Position numbers and translations under genes: made by a program. A stretch of 64,000 nt of DNA from Bacteroidales bacterium. GTDB taxonomy: Bacteria; Bacteroidota; Bacteroidia; Bacteroidales; VadinHA17. Location of the stretch: contig PMIJ01000040.1 in the NCBI GenBank assembly GCA_003157015.1, positions 1,604 through 65,603 of the forward strand. The letters are read 5' to 3'. Below the pieces are notes generated by a model, which saw only the letters and a program-made list of their open reading frames with translations, made no database searches and was not told the origin of the DNA. This document shows, one piece after another, positions 54,460 through 64,000 of this stretch. Each line of letters opens with the position of its first letter. Position 1 is the stretch's first letter.

Positions 54460-55977
54460 ATGTTAAAAACAATAAAAACCTCATTTAGAGACACAGTTAT
54501 TTATGGCCTTGGCAACGTGGCAGTTAAGCTCGTTGGGTTCCTTCTTATCCCTGTTTTTACAAACCAGAAGTTCTTTTCGGTTGACGATTTCGGGATCATG
54601 GGGATTCTCGATATTTCCGCGCTTGTTTTAACTGCCTGTATGGCATCAGCTTTACCTCAAAGCCTCACAAGGTGGTTTTGGGACAAGGATTATAAAGATA
54701 ATCAGAAGGGTATTTTTTTCATGACTTTTACCACACAATTGGTTGTTTCATTGGCATTTTGCCTGTTACTTATTCCTCTTTCTGACAAATTTTCAATTTT
54801 AATATTTTCAAAAACTGATTGGTCAAGGGTAATCAAATTTGTAATACTAGCATCCGGAATTCAGGCAATAAACAATATCATAAATACGCTGATGCGACTT
54901 CAGTCGAAATCACTGCTGTACACGATAACAAACCTGTTTAAACTTACTTCTGTTTTGGTACTGACGCTCTTCTTTATAATTTCAAAAAAGATGGGGCTTG
55001 AAGGCATCTACCTTGCACAGGTAATTGGAAACAGTCTTGTTGTGATATTCCTTCTGGGATATACATTAAAAAACTCACGGGTGTTCTTTGATAAAGTCAT
55101 TTTTAAGTCGATGAATGCTTATGGGTTTCCTCTATTCCTTGGAAATATTTCTGCAGTTCTCCTTAATGTCATTGACAGGTATTCGCTTAATTCACTGGCT
55201 CTTCTTAAATCAGTTGCTTTGTATACACTGGCATTCAAAATTACAAGTGTTTTAAAACTGGTTATAGTTGATTCTATGAAACTTGCGCTCGGTCCCATGA
55301 TGTTTAAACGGCTTGATACTCCCAACAATAAGAGATTCTATTCAAAAGTATTGCTCTATTCTTCTTTTATTATGATGTTTGCGATTATAGGTATATCCTT
55401 GTTTTCTTTTGAATTGACCAAAGTAATGACCAAGTCGAAAGAGTTCTGGGGTGCGGTTGTTATAATTCCCATATTAGCTATGTCTGTATTCTTTGTCAAT
55501 TTGAAAGACTTTTCAGTTTATGGCCTGCATTTTGCGAAAAAGACCAGGATAATCGGGACAATTGTTGTTCTTTCCACCATCCTGAGTCTTGTATTTAACT
55601 TCATTTTTATTCCTATTTGGGGTATAACAGGAGCAGCCATTGCCACACTCCTCTCTCAGTTTATTTTCTGGATCGCCAGTTACTATTTTTCACAGAAAGC
55701 ATTTTTCATCCCTTATGAAATCAGGAAAATAGCTATAATGTTCTTTTTCGGAGCAGCATTGTCTTTTTCCAGCCTGCTGATAAATGGTATGGATCTGATC
55801 CCAAGGATGTTTATTAAGGCTGCCTGCCTGATCAGCTTCCCTTTTATACTGTACCTGTTCAACTTCTACGAGCCTGTTGAATTACAGGCGATAAAAGGAT
55901 TTATAAACAAATGGTCAAAAATCAGAAACTTAAAAAGCAATCTGGGTTCTTTAAAAGGAATAACAGATGATTTATAA
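54460..55977 (+). CDS. Wzx-like oligosaccharide flippase (MOP superfamily polysaccharide biosynthesis protein)
   Basis: 505 aa, at least 12 TM helices, with a typical N-terminal segment (VIYGLGNVAVKLVGFLLIPVFT). Confidence 0.75.
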   Translation: MLKTIKTSFRDTVIYGLGNVAVKLVGFLLIPVFTNQKFFSVDDFGIMGILDISALVLTACMASALPQSLTRWFWDKDYKDNQKGIFFMTFTTQLVVSLAFCLLLIPLSDKFSILIFSKTDWSRVIKFVILASGIQAINNIINTLMRLQSKSLLYTITNLFKLTSVLVLTLFFIISKKMGLEGIYLAQVIGNSLVVIFLLGYTLKNSRVFFDKVIFKSMNAYGFPLFLGNISAVLLNVIDRYSLNSLALLKSVALYTLAFKITSVLKLVIVDSMKLALGPMMFKRLDTPNNKRFYSKVLLYSSFIMMFAIIGISLFSFELTKVMTKSKEFWGAVVIIPILAMSVFFVNLKDFSVYGLHFAKKTRIIGTIVVLSTILSLVFNFIFIPIWGITGAAIATLLSQFIFWIASYYFSQKAFFIPYEIRKIAIMFFFGAALSFSSLLINGMDLIPRMFIKAACLISFPFILYLFNFYEPVELQAIKGFINKWSKIRNLKSNLGSLKGITDDL

Positions 55978-56033
55978 GAAATTAAATACATAATTTTGTT
56001 ATTCATCAGGTCAGAAACCTTAAAAACACAGCA

Positions 56034-58502
56034 ATGCAAATAAAAGATAAAATCAAACCCATTCTGCCACACCTTATTGCCGTCCTGATATTTGTTGTGG
56101 TTTCTTTCACATATTTCTATCCGGTTCTGGAAGGGAAAGTACTGAAAGCCAACGACTCTACTGTAACAAAGATCAATACAAAGGAGATCCAGGACTTTCG
56201 TGATAAGTATGGGAGGGAACCTTTATGGACAAATTCGATTTTCAGCGGGATGCCTGCATATCTTATTTCTACAAGATATCCAGGGAATCTTATAAAGTAT
56301 GCAGATGTAACTAAACTCAGGATGTTCAAAATGCCGGTTTCAGTATTGTTTCTTTCTATGTTGGGATTTTATATTCTGCTATTGATTTTTGAAGTTGATC
56401 CCTGGCTTGCTATCGCCGGAGCACTGGCTTATGGACTTTCATCGTTTTTCTTTCAGATCCTCGGTGCAGGGCATAATACGCAGGCAATAGCCCTGGCTTA
56501 CATGGCTCCCATGATAGGAGGAATTTATTATACATACAGGCATGACGCACTTAAAGGAGCTCTGTTCACAGCTTTTGTACTTGCTCTTGAAATCCAGGCA
56601 AACCATCCGCAAATAACGTACTACGCAATGATTTGCCTTCTCATCTTCGGAATTGTTGAATTTGTTTACTCCTTGAAGAACAATTCAGTGGTAAAATTTC
56701 TAAAGACAACGGCATTGTTGGCAATACCTTTCCTTATTGCAATTGGAGTAAACTTCGCAAATCTGTATACGACTTATGAATATGGAAAATATTCAACCAG
56801 GGGAAAATCCGATTTGACAGGGGAAAATATGAACGTCACATCTGGACTTAATAAAGATTATATCACTTTTTGGAGTTATGGGGTTGATGAGACATTTAAC
56901 CTCCTGATACCTAATTACAAGGGAGGATCCAGCAAGCCATTTGATCGCACTTCGGAAACTTTTAAAGCATTAAGTCAGAATAACAATCAGTCGCATTTCA
57001 ATGAGTTTCAAAAATACTGGGGACTTCAACCCGGAACTGACGGCCCACATTATGTGGGTGCTATTGTTATTTTCCTCTTCATTCTGGGACTTGTTCTGAT
57101 CAAAAGCCCTGAAAAATGGTGGCTCCTGGCAGCAACAATACTGTCAATAATGCTTGCATGGGGGAAATATTTCATGCCTTTCTCCAATCTTTTTATTAAT
57201 CATTTCCCCGGGTATAATAAGTTCAGAGCTGTAACAATGACTCTTGTTATTGCGGAATTTTGCATTCCACTACTGGGATTTCTGGCTCTCAGGGATATTT
57301 TCAAAGGTACCATAACTAAGAAAGAGATAATAAGGGGATTAAAGATCGCTCTGGGAATTACCGGAGGATTTATATTACTTATCATCATATTTCCGGGTAT
57401 TGCCGGTTCCTTTCTTGGACAAGGGGAAGGTGAACTTCCCGGATGGCTCAAGACTGCCTTGATTTCAGACAGAAAGGACCTGTTAAGAAGTGATGCTGTG
57501 AGATCTCTGGTATTTATTTTACTTTCTTTGGGCGTTATTCTTGGCTTTATTTACGAAAAACTCAGAAAAGAATATGCGATCATTATTATTGCTTTGCTTG
57601 TTGTTTTTGATCTTTGGATTGTAGACAAAAGGTATCTTGATGCTGACCGGTTTGAGAGGCCGTCAACGATTCAAAAGTCTTTTGCACCATCAGTTGCAGA
57701 TGCGTTTATTCTTAGAGATCCAACCCAGCACAGGGTTCTAAATCTGGCTGCTTCAACATTCAATGATAATTCGCCGACATCATATTTTCATAAATCCATT
57801 GGTGGTTACCATGGCGCTAAAATGGAGAGATACCAGGAGCTTATAGATTCTTGCATATACCCGGAATTGATTCAGTTTGATGGAGCTGCAGCTAAGGCAA
57901 AGTCGGTTGAAGATCTGCAAACTATATTCGATAGCATACACTTTCCTTCTCTTAACATGCTAAATACAAAATATATAATTTACAATCCTGCTGCTCCTCC
58001 ATTAATTAATCCTGACGCACTTGGCAATGCATGGTTTGTAGAAAAACCCGTTATTGTGGAAAATGCCAACAAGGAGATTTCATTAATGAACTCATTCAAT
58101 CCGGCTAAGGAAGCAGTCATCGTAAATACCTTTAAAAATCAGATTACAAAATCATCCTTCCCTGTTCAGGAAAATGAAAGAATTGAGCTTATTTCATATC
58201 AGCCTGATGAACTACATTATAAATACTCCGCCCGTGAAGAAAAACTCGCAGTTTTTTCAGAAATATATTACCCTGCAGGGTGGAAATGTTATGTTGACGG
58301 GAAAGAGAGTCAGTATTTCCGTACGGATTGGGTTCTCAGAGGCATGATTGTTCCTGCCGGAGATCATGAAATAAAATTCACTTTTAAACCTGCTTCTTAC
58401 TATGTAGGGAATAAAATATCGCTGGCAAGTTCTATATTACTGATCCTTTTGTTCGCAGGCTATTTAACGGCAAAAATAAAGATGATACCTAAGTCTGAAT
58501 AG
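56034..58502 (+). CDS. YfhO-family polytopic membrane protein (putative glycan transferase)
   Basis: 822 aa. There is an N-terminal multi-TM region, a late TM helix and a large extracytoplasmic C-terminal domain. The architecture and N-terminus resemble the YfhO family as I recall it. Confidence 0.6.
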   Translation: MQIKDKIKPILPHLIAVLIFVVVSFTYFYPVLEGKVLKANDSTVTKINTKEIQDFRDKYGREPLWTNSIFSGMPAYLISTRYPGNLIKYADVTKLRMFKMPVSVLFLSMLGFYILLLIFEVDPWLAIAGALAYGLSSFFFQILGAGHNTQAIALAYMAPMIGGIYYTYRHDALKGALFTAFVLALEIQANHPQITYYAMICLLIFGIVEFVYSLKNNSVVKFLKTTALLAIPFLIAIGVNFANLYTTYEYGKYSTRGKSDLTGENMNVTSGLNKDYITFWSYGVDETFNLLIPNYKGGSSKPFDRTSETFKALSQNNNQSHFNEFQKYWGLQPGTDGPHYVGAIVIFLFILGLVLIKSPEKWWLLAATILSIMLAWGKYFMPFSNLFINHFPGYNKFRAVTMTLVIAEFCIPLLGFLALRDIFKGTITKKEIIRGLKIALGITGGFILLIIIFPGIAGSFLGQGEGELPGWLKTALISDRKDLLRSDAVRSLVFILLSLGVILGFIYEKLRKEYAIIIIALLVVFDLWIVDKRYLDADRFERPSTIQKSFAPSVADAFILRDPTQHRVLNLAASTFNDNSPTSYFHKSIGGYHGAKMERYQELIDSCIYPELIQFDGAAAKAKSVEDLQTIFDSIHFPSLNMLNTKYIIYNPAAPPLINPDALGNAWFVEKPVIVENANKEISLMNSFNPAKEAVIVNTFKNQITKSSFPVQENERIELISYQPDELHYKYSAREEKLAVFSEIYYPAGWKCYVDGKESQYFRTDWVLRGMIVPAGDHEIKFTFKPASYYVGNKISLASSILLILLFAGYLTAKIKMIPKSE

Positions 58503-58503
58503 T

Positions 58504-59400
58504 ATGGTGCATCATAGTGTATGCCCTATTTGTGCTTCTGAAAACATAGGTTTACAATTTAGCTGTAAAGACTATTTTACCAGCAGCAAGGATTTTGCAA
58601 TACTTAAGTGTTCTCAGTGCGGTTTCCTTTTCACACAGGATTATCCTGCTGAGAATGAGATAGCTGAATATTACGAATCGGATAATTATATTTCTCATAA
58701 CGATAAGGCTAAGGGCTTTTCCAATAAACTGTACCGTTTTTCCAGGAGCGTTATGATGAGCAGGAAGAAAAAGCTTATCAGGAAAATTACCGGGCTTAAA
58801 ACAGGAACCTTGCTCGACATTGGCAGCGGAACAGGCTATTTTGCCGGCACAATGAAAAAATCAGGGTGGCTGGCTAAGGGGATAGAAATAAATGAAAGAG
58901 CCCGAAAATTCTCAATATCACATTTTGGATTGGATGTAGCCACTCCTGATAAGATCTCCTCATTTGATAGCAATAGTTTTGATTGCATTACCCTCTGGCA
59001 TGTACTTGAACATTTCTACAATCCATTTACCTATATTTCAGAAATATACCGTTTGTTAAAACCAGGCGCTGAGTGTGTTATTGCATTACCCAATTGCAGC
59101 TCTTTCGATGCAGAACATTATAATCAGTTCTGGGCTGCCTGGGATGTCCCGCGGCATTTATGGCATTTTAATCCTGAAACTTTCAGTCTTTTTTCTGAAA
59201 AAACAGGATTCACTCTTGAAGATCTGAGAATTCTTCCGCTTGATGTCTTCTATATTTCGCAGCTAAGTGAAAAATATAAAGGGTCATCACTTCCTTTTAT
59301 TAAGGGAATCTCAAAGGCAGCGTATTTTGCAATTTTATCGGTGTTCAATAAAAAGAGGAGCAGCTCGGTAGTTTACATTCTTAGAAAATCTGGCGTTTAA
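58504..59400 (+). CDS. Class I SAM-dependent methyltransferase with N-terminal Cys4 zinc-ribbon
   Basis: 298 aa. Zinc ribbon CPICAS...CSQCGF, then LLDIGSGTGYF and DCITLWHVLEHF. Confidence 0.8.
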   Translation: MVHHSVCPICASENIGLQFSCKDYFTSSKDFAILKCSQCGFLFTQDYPAENEIAEYYESDNYISHNDKAKGFSNKLYRFSRSVMMSRKKKLIRKITGLKTGTLLDIGSGTGYFAGTMKKSGWLAKGIEINERARKFSISHFGLDVATPDKISSFDSNSFDCITLWHVLEHFYNPFTYISEIYRLLKPGAECVIALPNCSSFDAEHYNQFWAAWDVPRHLWHFNPETFSLFSEKTGFTLEDLRILPLDVFYISQLSEKYKGSSLPFIKGISKAAYFAILSVFNKKRSSSVVYILRKSGV

Positions 59401-60374
59401 TAACGATCGAGCCACCGGTATCTCCTGGAATTATCTCCAAACTTAAGGGCAACTGTTATTTCGTGAGTCCCATAGGTAATACTCTGAATTTCCTGTAATG
59501 TATAATCATATGCATATCCAAAAAACATATTTTGATACTTTACACCGACATTTGCTATCAAGGCACCACTTGTACGATAGGCCAATCCTACCCAGAAGCC
59601 CTGATTATATATATAGGTTGCACCTATATCAGCCTGGGGCTTAATCTGTTCCGACATTTTCAGGAGAAACCCGGGTTGGATAATTGTATTACTCCACCAG
59701 CTGAAATCGTAAGAACCGAAAAGATAATACTGCCTGCTCATAGCGAAGTTCTTGTACGCCGGACCTCCTATTTTAGCTGCAGCCTCTGTCAGCTGATCTG
59801 CAGAAAAACCAAGGCTGTATTTCGCATTGAGCAGGTAAGCCCCAAAAGTCAAATCAGGGACAAAAATGCCACGACGGAGATTATTATTCAGCCAGGGCTC
59901 ATTAGGGTCCTCAAAATTTATCTGTGTCTGGTCAATCTTGTAGTAATAGCCTGTAAAGGCAAGGCCTAAAGACAGCTGTGTGCTTTTTTGGATCCACATA
60001 TGATAAGCATAGGCAACCTGAATACCAGTTCTTTGGATCAATCCGTTCCTGTCGCTGAAGACATATCCTCCAAAACCAACTTTCCCATCGGATTTCGGCC
60101 TGTAAACCTGCCTTTTTATCCTGGTTTGTTTCAGTATGAAACTCTTTTTAAGCATTCGTGTCTGCCAGCTGAATGAAAAGGTTCGTGGTGCCCCTAAATA
60201 GCCAACCCATTGTTCCCTGGCAGTCAGACTGACACTGGTATACCCGTCGCTACCAGCTACTGCCGGATTAAGCAAAAACTTATTATAAAGGTACTGACTG
60301 AATAATGGTAGCTGTTGTCCGAAGGTTATGCTACCAACCAGCAGGAATAATAATATGAAAAAGAGTCTTCTCAC
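59397..60374 (-). CDS. Type IX secretion system membrane protein PorP/SprF family
   Basis: 325 aa. Signal peptide, then QQLPLFSQYLYNKFLLNPAVAG, the hallmark PorP/SprF N-terminus. Beta-barrel-like. It sits immediately downstream of a type-B-sorting adhesin gene. Confidence 0.85.
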   Translation of the reverse strand: MRRLFFILLFLLVGSITFGQQLPLFSQYLYNKFLLNPAVAGSDGYTSVSLTAREQWVGYLGAPRTFSFSWQTRMLKKSFILKQTRIKRQVYRPKSDGKVGFGGYVFSDRNGLIQRTGIQVAYAYHMWIQKSTQLSLGLAFTGYYYKIDQTQINFEDPNEPWLNNNLRRGIFVPDLTFGAYLLNAKYSLGFSADQLTEAAAKIGGPAYKNFAMSRQYYLFGSYDFSWWSNTIIQPGFLLKMSEQIKPQADIGATYIYNQGFWVGLAYRTSGALIANVGVKYQNMFFGYAYDYTLQEIQSITYGTHEITVALKFGDNSRRYRWLDRY

Positions 60375-60396
60375 AAAAGTCGTAATGTATAAAAAA

Positions 60397-63300
60397 TTAC
60401 CTTACAATAGTCACGTTGCCGACAAAAGGTCTGGATCCGTTATGCAGATCAATAATATAATGATAAGAGTCAATAGGAAGAGGAGAACCATTGCTTGTTC
60501 CATCCCACGGTCTAGGATATCCTCTTTCCGATCTCCATATAGTTTCACCCCACCTGTTAAATATTATTACTTCCATTTTCGGATATAGCTCCTTCATTCC
60601 AATGTTCCACACATCATTAATCAGGTCACCATTTGGTGATATTGCATTTGGAATAATGAGACAGGTTTCGTTTATAGGTTTGACATTAACAGAGTCTTTT
60701 ACCAAGCATCCGTTCATATCTGTTACTGTGACTTTATAATAACCTTCCGGAATGTTTAAGAGGTTACTGTTTGAAGAGTTATCTGACCATCTGTACAAAT
60801 AGCCTGCTCCCCTGACGCCACCAGTAACTTCAGTTCCTATGCTTCCGTCGGGTTTGTCAGGACAGAACGGAGGTACAACACTGAAGATAAGTTTCAGGGA
60901 ATCGGGTTGTGTAATTGCGATTGTTGCACTGGCATGGCAATTATTTGCATCTGTTATAATTAAACTGTAATTCCCTGCCGGAAGATCAGTCCTGGTTTGG
61001 CCAAAAATACCGTCAGCCCACAAATAATTGACAGTTTTTACCTGATTTACCGGTTGAATATCAATCGAGCCTGTAAGATCTCCGGCACAGTTAATATTAT
61101 ACCCGCCTGCGGTGCTTGACGATAAGCTGTATGTAAACCCAAGTTTCCCGGGTTCAGTAAGATCAAAGGTTTCTGAAGCTTTGCATTCATTGCTGTCAAC
61201 TATCAACAACTGATACTCGCCTGAAATAAGATTTGAAATATTATTTGTTGAAGCGGCATATCCGTTAGGTCCGGTCCATGTATAAACAAATGGAGCTGAT
61301 CCTGTTGTCGGATCAACGTTTATAAAACCATCAGCGAGCCCATTACAACTTATGTTAAAGCCGTTATAATCCGACAGATTCTTTGTATACTTCAGAGAAG
61401 GAGGGAGATCGATTCTTGCCGAGTCTTTTATAATACACCCGTTAAGATCTGTAGCGGTAACCGTATAAATTCCAGGCGTAAGGCCTGTTAGATCTTTTGA
61501 GGTATCTCCGTTCGACCAAAGGAAAGTATATGGAGTAATACCACCTGAAACTGTAAGAGTAATTGAACCATTATCAAAGCCAGGCGACTTGCAGGTAATA
61601 TTTGTGGCGGTAAGATGAGTAACTAATGCAGGTGGTTGGGTAAGAACTATATCTTTTGTAATGACACAATTGTTAGAGTCTGTTACAATAAGATGATATG
61701 TACCTGCCGTAAGGATCAACTGATCTTTCTGCCCGTTGATTATTCCTGATCCGTCTGTAGTAATCCAGTTATATTTATATGTCCCAATGCTGCCTCCTGT
61801 TACGGTAATTCTGATCCAACCGGAGTTAGCACCATGACAGTTGACATTATATGCTCCATCTGTTGAAACTGATGTCAGAGGTGTGCTTAATACCAGCGGG
61901 GTAGGTTCTGTCAAAGTAAATGAGGGAGAAGGAGTTAGAACGCAGTTATTCTGGTCAGTGACTATACAGGTATAAACTCCTGCCTTAAGACCTGAGATGT
62001 CTTTTGCAGATGAAGTAAACCCTGCAGGTCCAGTCCATGAATATGAATTATTGCCTGATCCGCCTGAAATCGTCATTGCAATTGAACCATCATTTCCTCC
62101 ATTGCATGAAATATTGAAATTGCCATCAGCAGATTTAGACAACTGATAACCAGCCAATTGCAATCCATCAGGTTCTGAAATTATTGTGCTGTCAAGCTTA
62201 GTACAGCCTAAAACATCTTTTGTCACCAGGAAATATGTTCCGGCTGTAATAATATCTATTCGATTAGTATTAACAGGACCCGGAATATTTCCGTTGAATG
62301 TATACCAACTGTAAGTAAAACCAGTTCCGCGTCCACCGGATGTCACAACTGATACCCATCCGTCATTATAACCTTTGCATGAAATATTATAACCTGCATG
62401 TTGAGATTTAGAAAATGAGGAAACTATTGGCGGAGGAACTCTGAAAGCTATCTTGTTGATATTAATGCAACCATTCACATCCTGGATAACAAGGGCATAG
62501 GTTCCAGCACCAAGATTATTATAGTACCTGTAAGTAGTCGGATCCGAAAGTATCAGATTATTGGTAAATAAACCACTATATAAAGTATCAGCAAAAGTAT
62601 CAGGATTTTTAATAACCCAATACTTATATGGAGGAGTTATACCACCTGTAACTGAAACAAGGATTCTTCCGTCAGTAGATCCTATACAGCTGATATTGTA
62701 ATTTCCTGGCGGAATTACATCAGCTGAAATATACGCCCTGGCTGTTACAGGAACTATGCTTATGGAATCTTTGCGGTTACAACCAAGATTATCTGTCACT
62801 TTCACAACATACTTGCCACTTGACAAATTTGCAATGGCCAGTGAATCAACCTTGTGATATCCTACAGGTCCATCCCATACTATCTGATACGGATTAGCCC
62901 CTTTTGAAATTACAGCCTTTAAAGCTGCCAGACCTGCTCCTCCGGAACATGTAAGTGGTTTTGTAACTACAATGCTTTGCAGCGGACGGGCGTGGATTTT
63001 CACTTCGCTTACAACACTTCTTCCGTGAACGCAGATTGCATTATCAACTTTTGGAATAATTGAATAATAGACAGATTGTACTGTATCTGAGTTATTTTGA
63101 TACTGGTAATTTATTGTATAACCTGGGGTCTGATTGAATGCAGGGGAAGTGTTTCCGACTACAACTCCCGGTTCTCCTGATACATTTACTGTGTAATCGA
63201 ACCTCATTGATCCTGTTGTCATTACAGTCGGAGATGTCAGGACAACCTGAGTATTAACCGGAGCCAGAAGTGTTCCGGTATAACAAATTGAAGGGTCAAG

Positions 63301-64000
63301 ATTGATCGGGATGACACGCGGAGTCGGATTAACAGTTACAGTTACGCCCCGTGCAGTACCATCACTACAACCCAGAGGACTTACAGGCACAACTTGATAG
63401 GTTACGATTTGGAAGTGATCTGTGTTATTAATCAGTTTGTCACCAATGACCTGATTATTTGACAATCCGGAGACAGGGCTGCTGTATCCAGATATGGAAC
63501 CGGTTGTAGTTACAGTATACTTAAATGTGATTAACCCGCTTGTAAATATACTGGGACTCTGTAACCTGATATTTGTTGTTAAACTATCACATTGCGTTGA
63601 ATTTGAAGGAACGGGGAAAATTCTTGGTGTTGGGTTAACTATAATATTAACTATTTTAATCGGGTCTGATGTACATCCCATTGGACTGATAGGTACTATT
63701 TTGTATGTAACTGTCTGAGGAGCATCAGTTGGATTATGCAGAACATCAGCTATTACATAATTATTCGGTAATCCTGTCACCGGTGTTGTAAAGCCTGTTA
63801 CTCCGCCCATGGCAACTACTGTATAATTAAAAGTGATAACTCCATGAGTAAATGTACTTGGACTGCTTAATATTACATTTGTTGTACCATCATTACAGAT
63901 TGTCTGCGACATTGTGCTCGGTACTACCTGAGGTGTAGGGTCAACTGTTATAACTACTGTCTTGCTTGGTCCTGCTGCACAACCTGTCGGACTTATCGGG
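60397..64000 (-). CDS. Large T9SS cargo adhesin: PKD-like modules, ~8-9 SprB repeats, C-terminal type B sorting domain (5' end off window)
   Basis: The frame remains open upstream of the tracked Met at 63912, to the window end (...PISPTGCAAGPSKTVVITVDPTPQVVPST-MSQ...). SprB-type repeats include FNISCNGGNDGSIAMTISGGSGNNSYSWTGP. The C-terminus IPNAISPNGDLINDVWNI...IFNRWGETIW is the gliding-motility-associated C-terminal (type B) sorting domain. Confidence 0.85.
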   Translation of the reverse strand, partial: PISPTGCAAGPSKTVVITVDPTPQVVPSTMSQTICNDGTTNVILSSPSTFTHGVITFNYTVVAMGGVTGFTTPVTGLPNNYVIADVLHNPTDAPQTVTYKIVPISPMGCTSDPIKIVNIIVNPTPRIFPVPSNSTQCDSLTTNIRLQSPSIFTSGLITFKYTVTTTGSISGYSSPVSGLSNNQVIGDKLINNTDHFQIVTYQVVPVSPLGCSDGTARGVTVTVNPTPRVIPINLDPSICYTGTLLAPVNTQVVLTSPTVMTTGSMRFDYTVNVSGEPGVVVGNTSPAFNQTPGYTINYQYQNNSDTVQSVYYSIIPKVDNAICVHGRSVVSEVKIHARPLQSIVVTKPLTCSGGAGLAALKAVISKGANPYQIVWDGPVGYHKVDSLAIANLSSGKYVVKVTDNLGCNRKDSISIVPVTARAYISADVIPPGNYNISCIGSTDGRILVSVTGGITPPYKYWVIKNPDTFADTLYSGLFTNNLILSDPTTYRYYNNLGAGTYALVIQDVNGCININKIAFRVPPPIVSSFSKSQHAGYNISCKGYNDGWVSVVTSGGRGTGFTYSWYTFNGNIPGPVNTNRIDIITAGTYFLVTKDVLGCTKLDSTIISEPDGLQLAGYQLSKSADGNFNISCNGGNDGSIAMTISGGSGNNSYSWTGPAGFTSSAKDISGLKAGVYTCIVTDQNNCVLTPSPSFTLTEPTPLVLSTPLTSVSTDGAYNVNCHGANSGWIRITVTGGSIGTYKYNWITTDGSGIINGQKDQLILTAGTYHLIVTDSNNCVITKDIVLTQPPALVTHLTATNITCKSPGFDNGSITLTVSGGITPYTFLWSNGDTSKDLTGLTPGIYTVTATDLNGCIIKDSARIDLPPSLKYTKNLSDYNGFNISCNGLADGFINVDPTTGSAPFVYTWTGPNGYAASTNNISNLISGEYQLLIVDSNECKASETFDLTEPGKLGFTYSLSSSTAGGYNINCAGDLTGSIDIQPVNQVKTVNYLWADGIFGQTRTDLPAGNYSLIITDANNCHASATIAITQPDSLKLIFSVVPPFCPDKPDGSIGTEVTGGVRGAGYLYRWSDNSSNSNLLNIPEGYYKVTVTDMNGCLVKDSVNVKPINETCLIIPNAISPNGDLINDVWNIGMKELYPKMEVIIFNRWGETIWRSERGYPRPWDGTSNGSPLPIDSYHYIIDLHNGSRPFVGNVTIVR

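Noticed and set aside
1-64000. Mobile genetic element or genomic island boundaries around the ars/hgc block or the DUF4249 array
   Set aside because: I found no integrase, transposase, tRNA gene or long direct repeats anywhere in the window. Composition looks uniformly AT-rich by eye, so horizontal acquisition cannot be argued from this sequence alone.

Overview
AT-rich, Bacteroidota-type chromosomal window. The taxonomic call rests on a T9SS PorP/SprF gene beside a type-B-sorting SprB-repeat adhesin, a FISUMP-domain protein, a CarboxypepD_reg/STN TonB-dependent receptor, and a frdCAB-type fumarate reductase. About 55 protein genes are supported. I saw no rRNA, tRNA, CRISPR array, transposase or integrase. 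Main observations: (1) An hgcA-hgcB mercury-methylation pair, with the NVWCAAGK cap-helix motif in HgcA and CMECGAC plus a terminal CC in HgcB. It is embedded with near-zero spacing inside an arsenic operon, arsR-arsC-hgcA-hgcB-acr3. Two 8-2-8 palindromic candidate operators lie upstream, and a convergent crcB/DUF190 fluoride pair lies beside it. (2) A four-copy tandem array (unit about 1.38 kb) of DUF4249-like lipoprotein genes with patchy, mosaic nucleotide identity. It is divergent from an STN-bearing TonB-dependent receptor. (3) Two families of intergenic repeats. CACAGAG/CTCTGTG elements include one inserted between frdA and frdB and two that bracket a phosphoesterase gene. G/C-run nested palindromes stand out against the AT-rich background. 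(4) A sugar or amino-sugar utilisation module: FAD oxidoreductase, Tat-lipoprotein DUF4434-like, MFS sugar porter, GlcNAc 2-epimerase. (5) A surface-glycan locus of about 12 kb: three GTs, three SAM methyltransferases, Wzx, YfhO and a cadherin/LamG lipoprotein. All family names come from motif recognition by eye. No database search was run.
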